From: a virus
Taxonomy: Duplodnaviria; Caudoviricetes
IMG/VR virus record: IMGVR_UViG_2602041664_000001
Span: 1-64,000 of that record
Length of the DNA: 64,000 nt
Direction: 5' to 3' (one strand)
The first letter of the stretch is position 1. The number at the start of each line of letters is the position of its first letter. Below are positions 38,625 through 49,187 of the stretch, piece after piece. Both the position numbers and the translations under genes were made by a program. The notes beneath the pieces were generated by a model. The model was not told the DNA's origin. It did not search any database and worked only from the letters and a program-made list of their open reading frames with translations.

Positions 38625-39197
38625 ATGGCAGTAACAGTTCAGTGCCCAACTATGGGTGATATTCTCGCCGGCAATCAGTGCTTGGAGAATTTTGCTGGTC
38701 TTGGTTCTACGGTTTATGTTGGTCTGAAAGAAGACTTGACTGAGCCAATGAAACTGACCGACGGTGTTTACTCAACCCCTAAGTTTAAGAGTGGTAAAGG
38801 TCTTTATCGTTTTGACTGTAAAGACGATGCTCAGCAGATTCAGGGTTCTTCTCTGAAGAATAACAAGGGTTTTGAGTTGACTGGTCATTTTGTTATCGAC
38901 GCAGTTAGTAAGCTCACGGCTAAGTATTCACGTTCAGTGAATAACCTTAAGTTGTTCTTCATCTTCCTTGATGGTGAGGAAGACTCTCAGATTTTGTACG
39001 ACCCAACTCGCAACGTTCGTTTCGATGATGGTGGTATTAAGTCTGATACTGGTAAGGAAGCTAAGGATGAACGTACAACGACTTTCGAGTGCAAGCTCGG
39101 TCCTGTTCGCTATGATCATCTCTACGTTACCCCACCAACTACAGGTGGTTGGGATTCTCTCCTTGCTAACAAGGGTACTGTAAGCCCTGGTGGATAA
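38625..39197 (+). CDS. Putative major tail tube protein
   Basis: 190 aa, beta-rich; follows capsid and precedes a strong terminator. Confidence 0.5.
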   Translation: MAVTVQCPTMGDILAGNQCLENFAGLGSTVYVGLKEDLTEPMKLTDGVYSTPKFKSGKGLYRFDCKDDAQQIQGSSLKNNKGFELTGHFVIDAVSKLTAKYSRSVNNLKLFFIFLDGEEDSQILYDPTRNVRFDDGGIKSDTGKEAKDERTTTFECKLGPVRYDHLYVTPPTTGGWDSLLANKGTVSPGG

Positions 39198-39253
39198 GTT
39201 AATATTTTTACCTGCCTAATAAATGGACTGATAGGTTTTTTATGTTTAGGGTT

Positions 39254-39295
39254 GCCCCTCACGTTTGGAAGTGTCCGTTCGTGAGGGGCTTTTTT
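39254..39295 (+). terminator. Rho-independent terminator
   Basis: GCCCCTCACG...CGTGAGGGGC-TTTTTT. Confidence 0.8.
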
Positions 39296-39375
39296 GTGTC
39301 CATTCTTTTTGGATAAGTTTCTGGTCTAAAAAGCTCCTATTGTTACGTCTTTTGCTTTATGCACCTTCCCCTTTT

Positions 39376-39410
39376 TGTCCTATACAGGGGAAGTTATCTT
39401 ATTACCTTTG
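39376..39410 (+). promoter_or_regulatory. TGTCC-N22-TAnnTTTG promoter
   Basis: TGTCC-22 nt-TACCTTTG upstream of the packaging operon. Confidence 0.75.
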
Positions 39411-39468
39411 TATAGAACAAAAGCAAATCAGAGAATGTTTCTCATTAAGTTTCATAGACTTTTAGCGA

Positions 39469-40581
39469 ATGGATAAACTCTTTTCTACATTAAGTGCAGA
39501 AGAACGACAGGCGTGGATAGCTGATTTTCAAACGTGGGTAGCATCTAAGTTTCCTGTATTGGAAGATGCGTCGTGTGCTTGGTCATCTGAAGATAGAGAG
39601 CAAATGGTGTATGGGTTAAACTTGATTAATGCCTTTCCTTTCTGTCGTTCCTTTGTCGCAGATTCCTTGATGTTCCAAGACTATAATAGGCGTGTGACAG
39701 CGATGCGCCGTTGTATTAATCAAGTCTTAGAGGAGATTAAGAAGGAAGTATCATTACAGGCTATAGACCTCTCAGACCCGAAATTACTTGTTCGTCATCG
39801 TGGTAGACCTACAAAGTTAGAGCAAAAAGCCCGTGCTTTGGAGGAAGAACGAAAACAGAAAGAAGCCGAAGTTGAACACCCTTCTTTGTTTGAAGAAGAC
39901 GAGATGAAGAACGAGCCTGTTGCACTTCATACAGTAAGTGGTGCTGCTGGTTATGGTACTTTGTTTCATCTTGATCAGTGGAAGTGGTTAATGAGTAAAG
40001 ATTTGCAAGAGGCTGTTGATACGATTCGTGATTTGCGCTCAAATGCTGCTGCTGCCGCTGAGAAAGCCAAGGCTTTGGCTGAAGCTGGTGTTGAGCCAGA
40101 TAAGGTGAGTGTTTATGCTAAAGAAGCTGCTAAGAGTACCGAAGCCTATGAGCGTATCTATGAACGTGTAGATAATGAGTTAGCTACTGTTTATGTTCGT
40201 TTGAAAGAGGATAGCACCTATAAGACACAGATGCTAAAACGAAAGGTGCAAATACCAGAGTTACGTTCTTTGTTGCGTCCTTATTACGACCGACAGCCTG
40301 AAGGATTTAAGGATAAGGTTATTCAAAGTATTATGGATAATGATCCTCGTCAGGCTGCTATTCGTGATAAGCGTAAAGCCTTGAAATGTCGTGTTGATGC
40401 AATACGTAAGTATCTTTTACGCACTGATAAGCCTAATACTCCTAAACGTATTAAGACTATGACAGAAAGAATTAAAGAACTGGAGAAACTTATAGGCAAA
40501 GCAGAAACAGAACCTTACTATAAGGTGTTAGAGGCTGCAAAGAATAATCCTTATGTGAAACCTAAAAAGACAAAAGCATAA
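39469..40581 (+). CDS. Hypothetical protein
   Basis: 370 aa, helical, with an RGRP AT-hook-like motif. Confidence 0.75.
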   Translation: MDKLFSTLSAEERQAWIADFQTWVASKFPVLEDASCAWSSEDREQMVYGLNLINAFPFCRSFVADSLMFQDYNRRVTAMRRCINQVLEEIKKEVSLQAIDLSDPKLLVRHRGRPTKLEQKARALEEERKQKEAEVEHPSLFEEDEMKNEPVALHTVSGAAGYGTLFHLDQWKWLMSKDLQEAVDTIRDLRSNAAAAAEKAKALAEAGVEPDKVSVYAKEAAKSTEAYERIYERVDNELATVYVRLKEDSTYKTQMLKRKVQIPELRSLLRPYYDRQPEGFKDKVIQSIMDNDPRQAAIRDKRKALKCRVDAIRKYLLRTDKPNTPKRIKTMTERIKELEKLIGKAETEPYYKVLEAAKNNPYVKPKKTKA

Positions 40582-41318
40582 TGAGCAGACCTTCGCAAAA
40601 CTACCTTGATAAGGTAGAAAAGTGGTTAATGGGTGGGTTAACCCTTGACCGTATGGCAATGACCCTTGATCAGAAATTTCGTGCTAAGTTGGTTTATGAA
40701 GCATATCAAGTATGGTTGCAAGATAAACAGATACGTCCTACCGACCTTATGCGTCGTCTTGCAGCCCGTGAATATCCCATTTTGTTACAGAAGGCAGGTG
40801 AGGGAGATGAAGCCGCTTTAGAGGTTGTTCGTCTGCTGAATATCCGTGAAGGGGTACCACGTAGCTTTACTGAAATATCTAATGATGTTTCTGTGTTCAA
40901 TTGGATTGTAGGGCGTTTTGATACAGGTATAGAACATATTGAGAAGGCGAAAGTCGTTGATGCGTCTGATTGGCTTATTCGTGAAGGAATGAAGATGGGT
41001 GATGTCCGTGCGGTAAAGAGTGGTGCAGATATAAAGATGCAACTTAACAACAACTTCAATGAAAAAGAAGATGCTGCCTCTAAAATGCCAACGACCGAGA
41101 TTAATATTACAGGTGATGTTTCTATTATTAAGAGTGACAGAGTGAATTATACGCCTGAAGAGCGTAAGCGTCTTGCTAAGCGTTTCAATCTTTCAGAGAA
41201 GGAGTTTACGGATATGATCCAAAATGAAGATGGTACGTGGGAAATGCCAGCAGAAGATACAGAGAAGGATTTTACTCCTGATGTTTTCGACCCGACACAA
41301 GAACAACGTCCATTATAA
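40581..41318 (+). CDS. Putative terminase small subunit
   Basis: Immediately upstream of the large terminase. Confidence 0.5.
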   Translation: MSRPSQNYLDKVEKWLMGGLTLDRMAMTLDQKFRAKLVYEAYQVWLQDKQIRPTDLMRRLAAREYPILLQKAGEGDEAALEVVRLLNIREGVPRSFTEISNDVSVFNWIVGRFDTGIEHIEKAKVVDASDWLIREGMKMGDVRAVKSGADIKMQLNNNFNEKEDAASKMPTTEINITGDVSIIKSDRVNYTPEERKRLAKRFNLSEKEFTDMIQNEDGTWEMPAEDTEKDFTPDVFDPTQEQRPL

Positions 41319-41330
41319 AGACCTAAGATT

Positions 41331-43316
41331 ATGCAGCGACGTGACGTATATATGAACCATAAACAGCAGCAGATATTCTATGCGAATGCACGGGATGTCC
41401 GTCTTCTTGCTGCTCGTCGATTTGGAAAGACTGATGGCTCTATTGGTCCGCGTATCTACTCTGTTAGTATGAGTATGCCACGTGGAACTAATCTCTGGTT
41501 GGGAAATAGCCGTAAGCAGCTTTACACAAGAACGGTACCTGGTACGATAGCGGCTATTGAGCGTTTCTTTGGTTTACGTGAAGGTGAACACTTTGGATGG
41601 GGAAGACCGCCACGTTGGGTGTCGAAGCCTATCTTACAACCTAAGACATGGGATAACGTGATATGGTTTGCCAATGGTAGTATTTGGCAACTTATCTCTT
41701 TGGCTGTTTCTGGTTCTGCAAACAGTATTACCGCAAATTCTATTGTGGCCGATGAGTGTAAGTTTATGTCGAAGTCTAAGATTGACGGAGAGGTTATGCC
41801 AGCCCTCTCAGGTATAACGCATCCGCTTGCAGATCCTGCTTTCTCTGAAAGTAATCCTTTGTATAAGTCGACTTTCTTTGCCTCTGATGCGTCTTTAACG
41901 GCTAAAGGTAACTGGCTGGAGAAAGAAGAAGATAAGCTTGACCTTGAACTAACTGACGGCATATTTAAGGGAAAAACCTATCGTGACATACAAAATGAAC
42001 TAACATATTATGCTGATAGGGTTATTTACTTCAATGAACTTCTGCGCAATGCAAAAGCAACAGGGCGTGAGGTTATGGTTGTCAGACCTGAAAAGCGTGC
42101 TGCTATTCAAGCGTTAGCGGCTCAGGCGATAGCTCATGAAGGACCTTTCAAGATTATGCCACGTAATTGGAAGAACATAAATAAGTCGTTCGTCGATATG
42201 CTTATCAATTATAAACTTATCGACCCCAATGATGCCGAAATGCTCTTTAATCACGAGTACTTGATAACTCCTGATGAGCATTTTGAACTTTCTATGCTTC
42301 GCAATTCAAAGAAATATGCACGACACATAAACGACCTACGTTGTAATGCTTTCGCTTTTTATCGTGCATCGACGTTTGATAACATAGACTTGATAGGTGC
42401 TGATTATATTGCGAAGATGAAACGTGACTTGCCGCCAGTTGTCTTTGCTATTTCTATTGGAAATATGAAGGCTGTTAAGAGCAATGACGGTTTTTATTCC
42501 AATCTTGATATAGAACACGTCCACGGTTACATACCTGACGACTGTCCGGCTATTGAGAACGCTATGCACCTTCGTATAGCAAGTACGGTAAGCGGGGGAT
42601 GTAAGATAGATACTGAATACGAAACACCCGATTTTAGAGAGCTACAGGAAGTAAAGGATTGTACGCTTGATGGTGATGTAATTGAAAACCAACCGCTTTA
42701 TATTTCCTTTGACTTTAATGCAAACATAAACTGGGTTGTAACAGGGCAGCAGTATAAGCGTGATGGAGTTGATGCCTTAAATGTGGTATCTTCTATGTTT
42801 GTTAAGAATGAACGTAAGTTGCGTGAGCTGTTGCAAGATTGGAATAAGTATTACACTCCGCATCGTTCTCATTGCAAGGAGGTGTTTTTCTTCTATGATT
42901 CTACTGCTAAATTCAAAGTTTACGCAGTGCAATCTGAAGATTATAAGGACACCATTATAGCCGACCTGACTAAGTATGGTTGGACGGTACATCCTATAGA
43001 TATGGGTTCTCCTATGCAACATGAGCAGAAATACAAAGAGATTAACGAGTGCCTTGCTGGTGCTGCTTATCCTGCTGTTCGCTTTAATAGAGATAACAAT
43101 GAGGCTTTGATTGTTGCTTTACAGACTGCCGAGGTTAGTATCGGTTATAAAGGATTTAGAAAAGACAAGTCAGGTGAGAAACTCAGCGAGGAAGCCGATG
43201 ATGCGGTAAGATTGGAATATAGAACGGACGGCACTGATGCTTTCGACACTTTACTTATTGGTGTTAAGCGTTTTCTATACCGTATGAGTGGAATGTGTTT
43301 CCCAAGTGGAACATAA
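41331..43316 (+). CDS. Terminase large subunit
   Basis: ARRFGKT Walker A, IVADE Walker B, SFDFN and C-terminal TDAFD nuclease motifs. Confidence 0.85.
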   Translation: MQRRDVYMNHKQQQIFYANARDVRLLAARRFGKTDGSIGPRIYSVSMSMPRGTNLWLGNSRKQLYTRTVPGTIAAIERFFGLREGEHFGWGRPPRWVSKPILQPKTWDNVIWFANGSIWQLISLAVSGSANSITANSIVADECKFMSKSKIDGEVMPALSGITHPLADPAFSESNPLYKSTFFASDASLTAKGNWLEKEEDKLDLELTDGIFKGKTYRDIQNELTYYADRVIYFNELLRNAKATGREVMVVRPEKRAAIQALAAQAIAHEGPFKIMPRNWKNINKSFVDMLINYKLIDPNDAEMLFNHEYLITPDEHFELSMLRNSKKYARHINDLRCNAFAFYRASTFDNIDLIGADYIAKMKRDLPPVVFAISIGNMKAVKSNDGFYSNLDIEHVHGYIPDDCPAIENAMHLRIASTVSGGCKIDTEYETPDFRELQEVKDCTLDGDVIENQPLYISFDFNANINWVVTGQQYKRDGVDALNVVSSMFVKNERKLRELLQDWNKYYTPHRSHCKEVFFFYDSTAKFKVYAVQSEDYKDTIIADLTKYGWTVHPIDMGSPMQHEQKYKEINECLAGAAYPAVRFNRDNNEALIVALQTAEVSIGYKGFRKDKSGEKLSEEADDAVRLEYRTDGTDAFDTLLIGVKRFLYRMSGMCFPSGT

Positions 43317-43343
43317 ATGCAAACTATATTCTTGTGTATTTCA

Positions 43344-43449
43344 AAAGTGTACACTTTCGAGATACTAAAGTGTACACTTACGTGATATGAATGTGTACAC
43401 TTTGGAGATATGAAAGTGTACACTTTAGCACAGCCAAAGTGTACACTTT
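43344..43449. repeat. Palindrome array A3: 5 x AAAGTGTACACTTT, 23-bp period
   Basis: Units at 43344, 43367, 43390, 43413, 43436; a lone CTTGCTATAGCAAG follows at 43481. Confidence 0.92.
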
Positions 43450-43522
43450 GGTATCACTGATAAACTTTAAGTAGTCCACCCTTGCTATAGCAAGTGGTAT
43501 ATAGATAAAGGTTAAGTAGATT

Positions 43523-44116
43523 ATGACTAAAGACTGGACAGGAAACGGAGCTTCTTTATTTAAGACGATTGGCGCAAGTAATCATTGTGCACATGAACGT
43601 CAGCCGGACGATTATTACGCAACAGAACCGAAGGCTACAGAGTGGCTTTTGAAGTTAGAACGCTTTGAGGGTCCTATCCTTGAACCTTCATGTGGAGAGG
43701 GGCACATATCGAAGGTACTTATAGATGGGGGTTATCAGGTTGTGAGTCGTGACTTAATAGACCGTGGCTATGGCTCTGTTGCCGATTTTCTTTCTAAGGA
43801 TAACACAGAATGGAATGGCGACATTGTTACCAATCCTCCTTATAAATATGCACAAGAGTTCGTTGAGAAAGCGTTGGAGATAATACCAGAGGGGCATAAA
43901 GTTGCAATGTTTCTTAAACTACAATTCTTGGAAGGTAAGCATCGTAGAATGTTGTTTGAATCTATGCCTCCTAAGCGTGTCTGGGTGAGTACGTCACGAT
44001 TAAAGTGTGCGATGAATGGCGACTTTGATAGTGTTGGCGGAAGTGCTACTGCTTATGCTTGGTTTGTTTGGGAGAAAGGCTTCAGTGGCGACCCTATTAT
44101 AAAGTGGTTTAATTAA
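43523..44116 (+). CDS. Phage N6-adenine/N4-cytosine DNA methyltransferase
   Basis: DYYAT, ILEPSCGEG, IVTNPPY and YAWFVW motifs. Confidence 0.85.
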   Translation: MTKDWTGNGASLFKTIGASNHCAHERQPDDYYATEPKATEWLLKLERFEGPILEPSCGEGHISKVLIDGGYQVVSRDLIDRGYGSVADFLSKDNTEWNGDIVTNPPYKYAQEFVEKALEIIPEGHKVAMFLKLQFLEGKHRRMLFESMPPKRVWVSTSRLKCAMNGDFDSVGGSATAYAWFVWEKGFSGDPIIKWFN

Positions 44117-44120
44117 CTTC

Positions 44121-44155
44121 TGTCCTACCTTTATCTTTCGTCTTTCTTACCTTTG
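44121..44155 (+). promoter_or_regulatory. TGTCC-N22-TAnnTTTG promoter
   Basis: TGTCC-22 nt-TACCTTTG upstream of the portal operon. Confidence 0.75.
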
Positions 44156-44176
44156 TTATAACAAAACATCAAGGAT

Positions 44177-44494
44177 ATGCCGTACAAACAACCGCAGCAA
44201 TCGTTTCAGTCTTTGCGCAATTATACAGAGAAATTCTCTTGGATAGAAGAGCGAACAGGACTACGTACGACAGGATATAACCCACCAAAGGGAGCGCAGG
44301 ATGTACAGCGTGTTCCCTTCTTTGTACGTTTTGTTACTCAGAGTGGACGGCTTGAAGAGGGTAACGTGGTCTGTTTGAAAGTAAATAGACGTAGGCATCA
44401 ACGAATGATTCAGTTTGTTGAAAGTCAAGAGATACGCATCCTCTGTGATTATCTTGTTATTGAAGTCGATGGTATAAGAATTTTAACGCATTAA
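44177..44494 (+). CDS. Hypothetical protein
   Basis: 105 aa, directly before portal. Confidence 0.7.
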   Translation: MPYKQPQQSFQSLRNYTEKFSWIEERTGLRTTGYNPPKGAQDVQRVPFFVRFVTQSGRLEEGNVVCLKVNRRRHQRMIQFVESQEIRILCDYLVIEVDGIRILTH

Positions 44495-44498
44495 GGAT

Positions 44499-46262
44499 AT
44501 GGCTACTAAGATTAAGAGTAAGAGAAACATAGTCCGAGTTGTCGGCTCGGAGAAACTGAAGGAGGAAATGAGTTATCTTGAGTCTCAAGGTTATGCTGTG
44601 CTTCGTCCTGGAGGTATTAAGGGGAATGATGCTGCTGATGAGACTTGGCACGACTTCTTTTCTAACCAAATGACCGCTGGTGTTGGAGGAGGAAAAGGTG
44701 GGCGTAAATCCGTACCAACTCTCTTTGCCAGCAGCGGTTCAGAACAAGCGGTTTCCGAGGATGTTGGTACGAAAGGGCTTGGATGGATGGAATGGGGTGT
44801 AGGCAACAGATTGCCTAATGTCGTCTCTCTACTTTGTGGTATTCTTCCTTACACAGCGGCTGGTTTGAAATTCAACACAGACCTCTGTGCGGGTCTTGGT
44901 CCTGAGCCAATGTATCGCTACACACAGTATGTTGGCGGGAATATTACTACGAAAGAAATTCCATATTCAGAGGCAAGTAAACTTATCTCTGGCTTGATCA
45001 TCGACCGACTTCGTGAGATTAAGAACTTAGAGAATAGTGATTCTTCTGCGTTTGGAACGACTGCTAAGAGTGATAATAAGGCTTTGATTGAACAGCTTAA
45101 TAAGGAAATAGAATCCTTGAAAGCCGCCCTTACTGTGTGGGAAAGAACGGCTCCCGAGGTGGCAGAGTTTCAAGAGCGTAACAATCTTGCACAGACTTAT
45201 CTTCAGCTTTCTGGTGATACTCAGATGTTGGGAATGTGTTTCCCAGAGTTACAACTCAACTCTCAAGAACTTGATGAGCGTGGAAAACCGGTAAAGACAA
45301 CGCTTTGGAAGCCTAAGGTTGTAGGTATTGGCTACCGTTCAGCACATACTTGCCGTTTGGAGCGTATGGACGACCAGAATAAGATTAATTATGTTTATGT
45401 AAGTAATCGTTGGTTAGATCAGCCCGTAGCGTCAGTGCAAGAAGCATCTTCTAAAGTCGTTGCTTATCCTGCTTTGTCTATACAGACCCCATTGGCTGAC
45501 TTGAAAGCTGCTGTGCGAACGGCACGAGATAAGAATGTCAGTGCTAAGAACCGCCCTACCCGATTCATATTTCCTTCAAGTTATCCTACTGTAGGTCGTC
45601 CTTACTATCCGTCTCCAGCATGGCATAGTGTCTTTGTTGGTGATGTGTATGAGTATATTGCGACTATCATCTCTGACCGCTTCAACCGTCGTAAAAACAG
45701 TAATGTTATTGGTCGAGTGATTTATATTCACAACGACTATATGCAGCAACTCTTCATTCAAGCACAGGCACAGAGTGATGCTGATAAACAGAATGAGATA
45801 CGTGATAAGTTGTATAAGGACATCAATACGTGGCTTAGTAATCGAGACAATAGCGGTCAGTCTCTCCTTGCCTTCACCTTTATGGGTACTGATGGTAAAG
45901 AGCATAAGAGCTTTGAAATCGTAGAGGTTGAGAGCAGTAGTAAGTCGGTCGCTGATGCGAATGAAAAGGAAACAGCCGAGGTGGCAAGTATCATCTTTAT
46001 GGCTATGGGACTTGATGCGAAACTACTTGGCTCTACCCCACTCTCCCTTGTTGGTCAGAGTAGTGGTACTGACTTGCGTATTCGTTTTGGTGTAAAACAA
46101 GTTCAGATGGCACCGACACAAAAGATAATGCTAAAGAGCCTTGAGGTGGCAAGCCGTTTTAATGAATGGGATAAGCATCTCGTTTGGCGTATCAATCGTG
46201 AGGTGCTTACCACGCTTGATAGTAGTAAAACTGGTATTACCCAAAAAGAAGAGGAGACATAA
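44499..46262 (+). CDS. Portal protein
   Basis: 587 aa; WG.GN.LP, YYP.PAW and SG+D.R motifs as in Bacteroidetes phage portals; position after terminase. Confidence 0.7.
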   Translation: MATKIKSKRNIVRVVGSEKLKEEMSYLESQGYAVLRPGGIKGNDAADETWHDFFSNQMTAGVGGGKGGRKSVPTLFASSGSEQAVSEDVGTKGLGWMEWGVGNRLPNVVSLLCGILPYTAAGLKFNTDLCAGLGPEPMYRYTQYVGGNITTKEIPYSEASKLISGLIIDRLREIKNLENSDSSAFGTTAKSDNKALIEQLNKEIESLKAALTVWERTAPEVAEFQERNNLAQTYLQLSGDTQMLGMCFPELQLNSQELDERGKPVKTTLWKPKVVGIGYRSAHTCRLERMDDQNKINYVYVSNRWLDQPVASVQEASSKVVAYPALSIQTPLADLKAAVRTARDKNVSAKNRPTRFIFPSSYPTVGRPYYPSPAWHSVFVGDVYEYIATIISDRFNRRKNSNVIGRVIYIHNDYMQQLFIQAQAQSDADKQNEIRDKLYKDINTWLSNRDNSGQSLLAFTFMGTDGKEHKSFEIVEVESSSKSVADANEKETAEVASIIFMAMGLDAKLLGSTPLSLVGQSSGTDLRIRFGVKQVQMAPTQKIMLKSLEVASRFNEWDKHLVWRINREVLTTLDSSKTGITQKEEET

Positions 46263-46265
46263 ACT

Positions 46266-47312
46266 ATGTTGATAACAACGACTAATGAACTTAGGCTTTA
46301 TTCGCCTGCAAACGCAATAGATGCTATAGAAACTCTGACGGGCTTCATAGACAGTAGCGAGCACGATTTCCTTGAAGAAAAGTTAGGAAAAGATTTGTTT
46401 GTGCTGTTGCAGAAGTATTATCGTGGTATTGGTGAAGCGGGCATTATGACCCTGATTGAAAGTATTCAGCGTAACGAAACGCTTTTACCCTATTCACAGT
46501 TACTAATGTTGGCTCAGCGTTGTGTCTGCTTTGATGCCTTGGGTAGAGCTATTGATATGCAGGCTATCAGCGTGAATGGTTCGGGCGTGAACGTGGCAAC
46601 TTCTGACGATTATGGTAAGGCTGATAAAGATGCTATCAGTGCATACAAACAGACTTGTTATAAGGAATCTCATTCGGCTGTAAACCGCTTGCTCATTGTA
46701 CTTGAAGAGTGGATGCGTGAGGTTGCGTCTGTTACTGGAGAAGGCAAAGACACTGATGAGTACCGAGAGAAAAAGGAAATTACAGATGCTTGGCAGAAAA
46801 GTCGATATTTCTTCCTTGTTGGCTCTCTGTTGATTCCTTCAGCACAGGTGCTGCAAGAGTACGTGAACATATATGACAATCGTGAGAAGTATATTACACT
46901 TTTGCCTGATTTGCGTTATATCCAAGAGGATATTCTTGCACCAGTTGTAGGTGAAGAATTGTTGGATTTCCTTACAGACAATGCTATTAAAGGTGCAAAA
47001 GATAAGAAACTCGCAAGGCTTATTCATCGCTTACGTAAGGCGATGGTAAAGCATCTTATTGCAAGAACAAACTTCTTGAAGCTGTCTGCTCCTGACCTTG
47101 CTACCGTTCATAATGAAGCCGTCTTAATGGTGAATAATTGCGTCGATTATATACGTATGTATCAGTCAGACTTTCTCAGCTTAGCCAAGGATGCTATGGA
47201 AGCCTCGCCTATCTATGACGCTTCAGAAAATAAGGTTCGTGAACCCTACGAATCGACATTTAAGAACAATGAGGATGGGAATGTAATGTTTGTTATACCA
47301 GCTTTGAGTTAA
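46266..47312 (+). CDS. Head-tail adaptor-like protein (DUF6712-like)
   Basis: MLITT..EL...; internally repeated E...L...LG.+L motif; follows portal. Confidence 0.55.
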   Translation: MLITTTNELRLYSPANAIDAIETLTGFIDSSEHDFLEEKLGKDLFVLLQKYYRGIGEAGIMTLIESIQRNETLLPYSQLLMLAQRCVCFDALGRAIDMQAISVNGSGVNVATSDDYGKADKDAISAYKQTCYKESHSAVNRLLIVLEEWMREVASVTGEGKDTDEYREKKEITDAWQKSRYFFLVGSLLIPSAQVLQEYVNIYDNREKYITLLPDLRYIQEDILAPVVGEELLDFLTDNAIKGAKDKKLARLIHRLRKAMVKHLIARTNFLKLSAPDLATVHNEAVLMVNNCVDYIRMYQSDFLSLAKDAMEASPIYDASENKVREPYESTFKNNEDGNVMFVIPALS

Positions 47313-47314
47313 AT

Positions 47315-48397
47315 ATGTTTGAAGAAAAACGACACATTGACCTTCGTCTTCCTCGTTCTTGGAACGACTGTTCCACGGAGGACCTCCGTATTGTTGCACG
47401 TGTTTTGATGTCCTGTGCTTCAAAAGCAACCCGTTACAAGCCTTTCTCTTTAAAGGAAGTAAAGATTGCTCTCTTCTTTGCCTTTACAGGTCTTGAAATT
47501 GTAGAACCTATTAATCCTCGTGTTGACGTAGAACGGCAATATTATGTGGTACGCTTTCGTGATAAGTCTTTCAGTTGGTTTCATCGTGCGTGGCGTTGGT
47601 GTCGTAAACGGCTGACAGGTGAAGACCCGTCTGTATTCAACCTTTATCTTTGGCAAATATCTTCTTGGATTGAGCCTGAGAAAGACTTGAATAGTGGGCG
47701 CGTTCTTCGTGCAGGTCTGCTTGACTGGTTGGACTGTGAGGGGAATAATCACCTATTTGTATTCCCTTTCCAAGAGATAAAGCGTAGTCGTTCTTGGTGG
47801 CGACGTAAACGTGTCTTTCGTGGTCCTGAAACGTTAATGCAAGACTTTACTTGGCAGCGTTATCGTTTCGTTCAGGATTACATGGAGCATTATGTTACGC
47901 AACAAAATCTATTACTTCAAATGCAAGAGAAGGGTGATCAAGTCAGTGATAGGGACTTGATGAAACAAGAAAAGGCTACTGACCTCGCTCGTGCTTGCTT
48001 CTTAGCAGTCTTGTATAAGGCTAAAATTCGTGTTGTTGAAGATAAAACACAACGTATTCGTGTTGACTTTGAATATCAGAGTAATCAAGTTTCGGATTAT
48101 GCGCCTTACTTTAGGAACTTTCCTGAAGAAGATTGGCAGGTTATTCGTTTTTGGTGGGAAGGTATGATGTTCTATTTGCAAACAGAATATCCGCGTTGCT
48201 TTAAGCGTCAAGTTGTGAAAGGACAGCCAAAGCAAAACAATCCGCTTGAACTCTATACACGTACAACGGCAACTATGCAAAAGTATCTTGGTTTAGATGA
48301 GACGGAGGTTAATAGTCAGTTCTTCCAACTTGTATTGCAGCACATGGATAATATGGCTAAAGAGAATGATGAACTTGAAAGGATAAAGGGTAGTTAA
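47315..48397 (+). CDS. Hypothetical virion assembly protein
   Basis: 360 aa; starts with LPRSWND. Confidence 0.65.
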   Translation: MFEEKRHIDLRLPRSWNDCSTEDLRIVARVLMSCASKATRYKPFSLKEVKIALFFAFTGLEIVEPINPRVDVERQYYVVRFRDKSFSWFHRAWRWCRKRLTGEDPSVFNLYLWQISSWIEPEKDLNSGRVLRAGLLDWLDCEGNNHLFVFPFQEIKRSRSWWRRKRVFRGPETLMQDFTWQRYRFVQDYMEHYVTQQNLLLQMQEKGDQVSDRDLMKQEKATDLARACFLAVLYKAKIRVVEDKTQRIRVDFEYQSNQVSDYAPYFRNFPEEDWQVIRFWWEGMMFYLQTEYPRCFKRQVVKGQPKQNNPLELYTRTTATMQKYLGLDETEVNSQFFQLVLQHMDNMAKENDELERIKGS

Positions 48398-48440
48398 TGG
48401 TATTTATATCGTAGCTTTATGTTTATATATTGGTAGTGTT

Positions 48441-48477
48441 GCCTTCATTGTCCGTGATGGATAGTGAAGGCTTTTTT
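48441..48477 (+). terminator. Rho-independent terminator
   Basis: GCCTTCATTGTCC-GTGAT-GGATAGTGAAGGC-TTTTTT. Confidence 0.8.
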
Positions 48478-48485
48478 GTTGCTTT

Positions 48486-48520
48486 TGTCCCATACTCTCT
48501 TGTTTAGTTTCCTATCTTTG
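48486..48520 (+). promoter_or_regulatory. TGTCC-N22-TAnnTTTG promoter
   Basis: TGTCC-22 nt-TATCTTTG. Confidence 0.75.
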
Positions 48521-48533
48521 CTATATAAATGAT

Positions 48534-49187
48534 TTGATTATGGCAAATATTGATGCTAAGTTAGAACGATTTAAGAAGCTTTGTACAGATATTCTTTCTC
48601 AGAGTGGAAATTGTAAGGAGAGCCAAGCGGACATGGCAGCAGCTAATACGGTACCAGAGTTGGTTGCCGTGTGGCTTAAGTATTGGCATGGACTTATTAC
48701 AGAAGTTCCACAGCAGACAATTGCAGCTCTCTCTGAGGTGTATGATGATTATAAAGACGAGATAAATGCTGCTGGTGTCTATTTTAACGAGAGCACTGAT
48801 AAGGGAGAGGTTCTTGTTAGTGATTGTCCTAACGTGTTAAAGTTTAGAGATAAGGCTAAGGTTTATGTACTTGGTAAAGCCGAAGTTTGTGCTTATGATC
48901 ATGTCTACGTTTATGCGGATAATGAAGAAGCAAAGGTTTTATTGAATGATTACTCTCGTGGTAATATTCATAAAAGTACAGTTCATGCTTGCGACTGGTC
49001 TTCTGTTATCACAGACTCTAAAAAGGTGTTTTGTGCTGATGCTGCTACGGTTGATATTACTGGTGGGGTTGTTTGTGATGCTGGTCATCGTGAGATAAAT
49101 GCTTATAAAGGCTCTGTGGTTTACTCAGACTTAAAGAAAGGTATCACTTTGGATAATACATCTAAATTATTAAAGAAAAATAGTTAA
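48534..49187 (+). CDS. Hypothetical protein with beta-helix-like repeats
   Basis: Repeating A.V.A.D-type units. Confidence 0.65.
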   Translation: MIMANIDAKLERFKKLCTDILSQSGNCKESQADMAAANTVPELVAVWLKYWHGLITEVPQQTIAALSEVYDDYKDEINAAGVYFNESTDKGEVLVSDCPNVLKFRDKAKVYVLGKAEVCAYDHVYVYADNEEAKVLLNDYSRGNIHKSTVHACDWSSVITDSKKVFCADAATVDITGGVVCDAGHREINAYKGSVVYSDLKKGITLDNTSKLLKKNS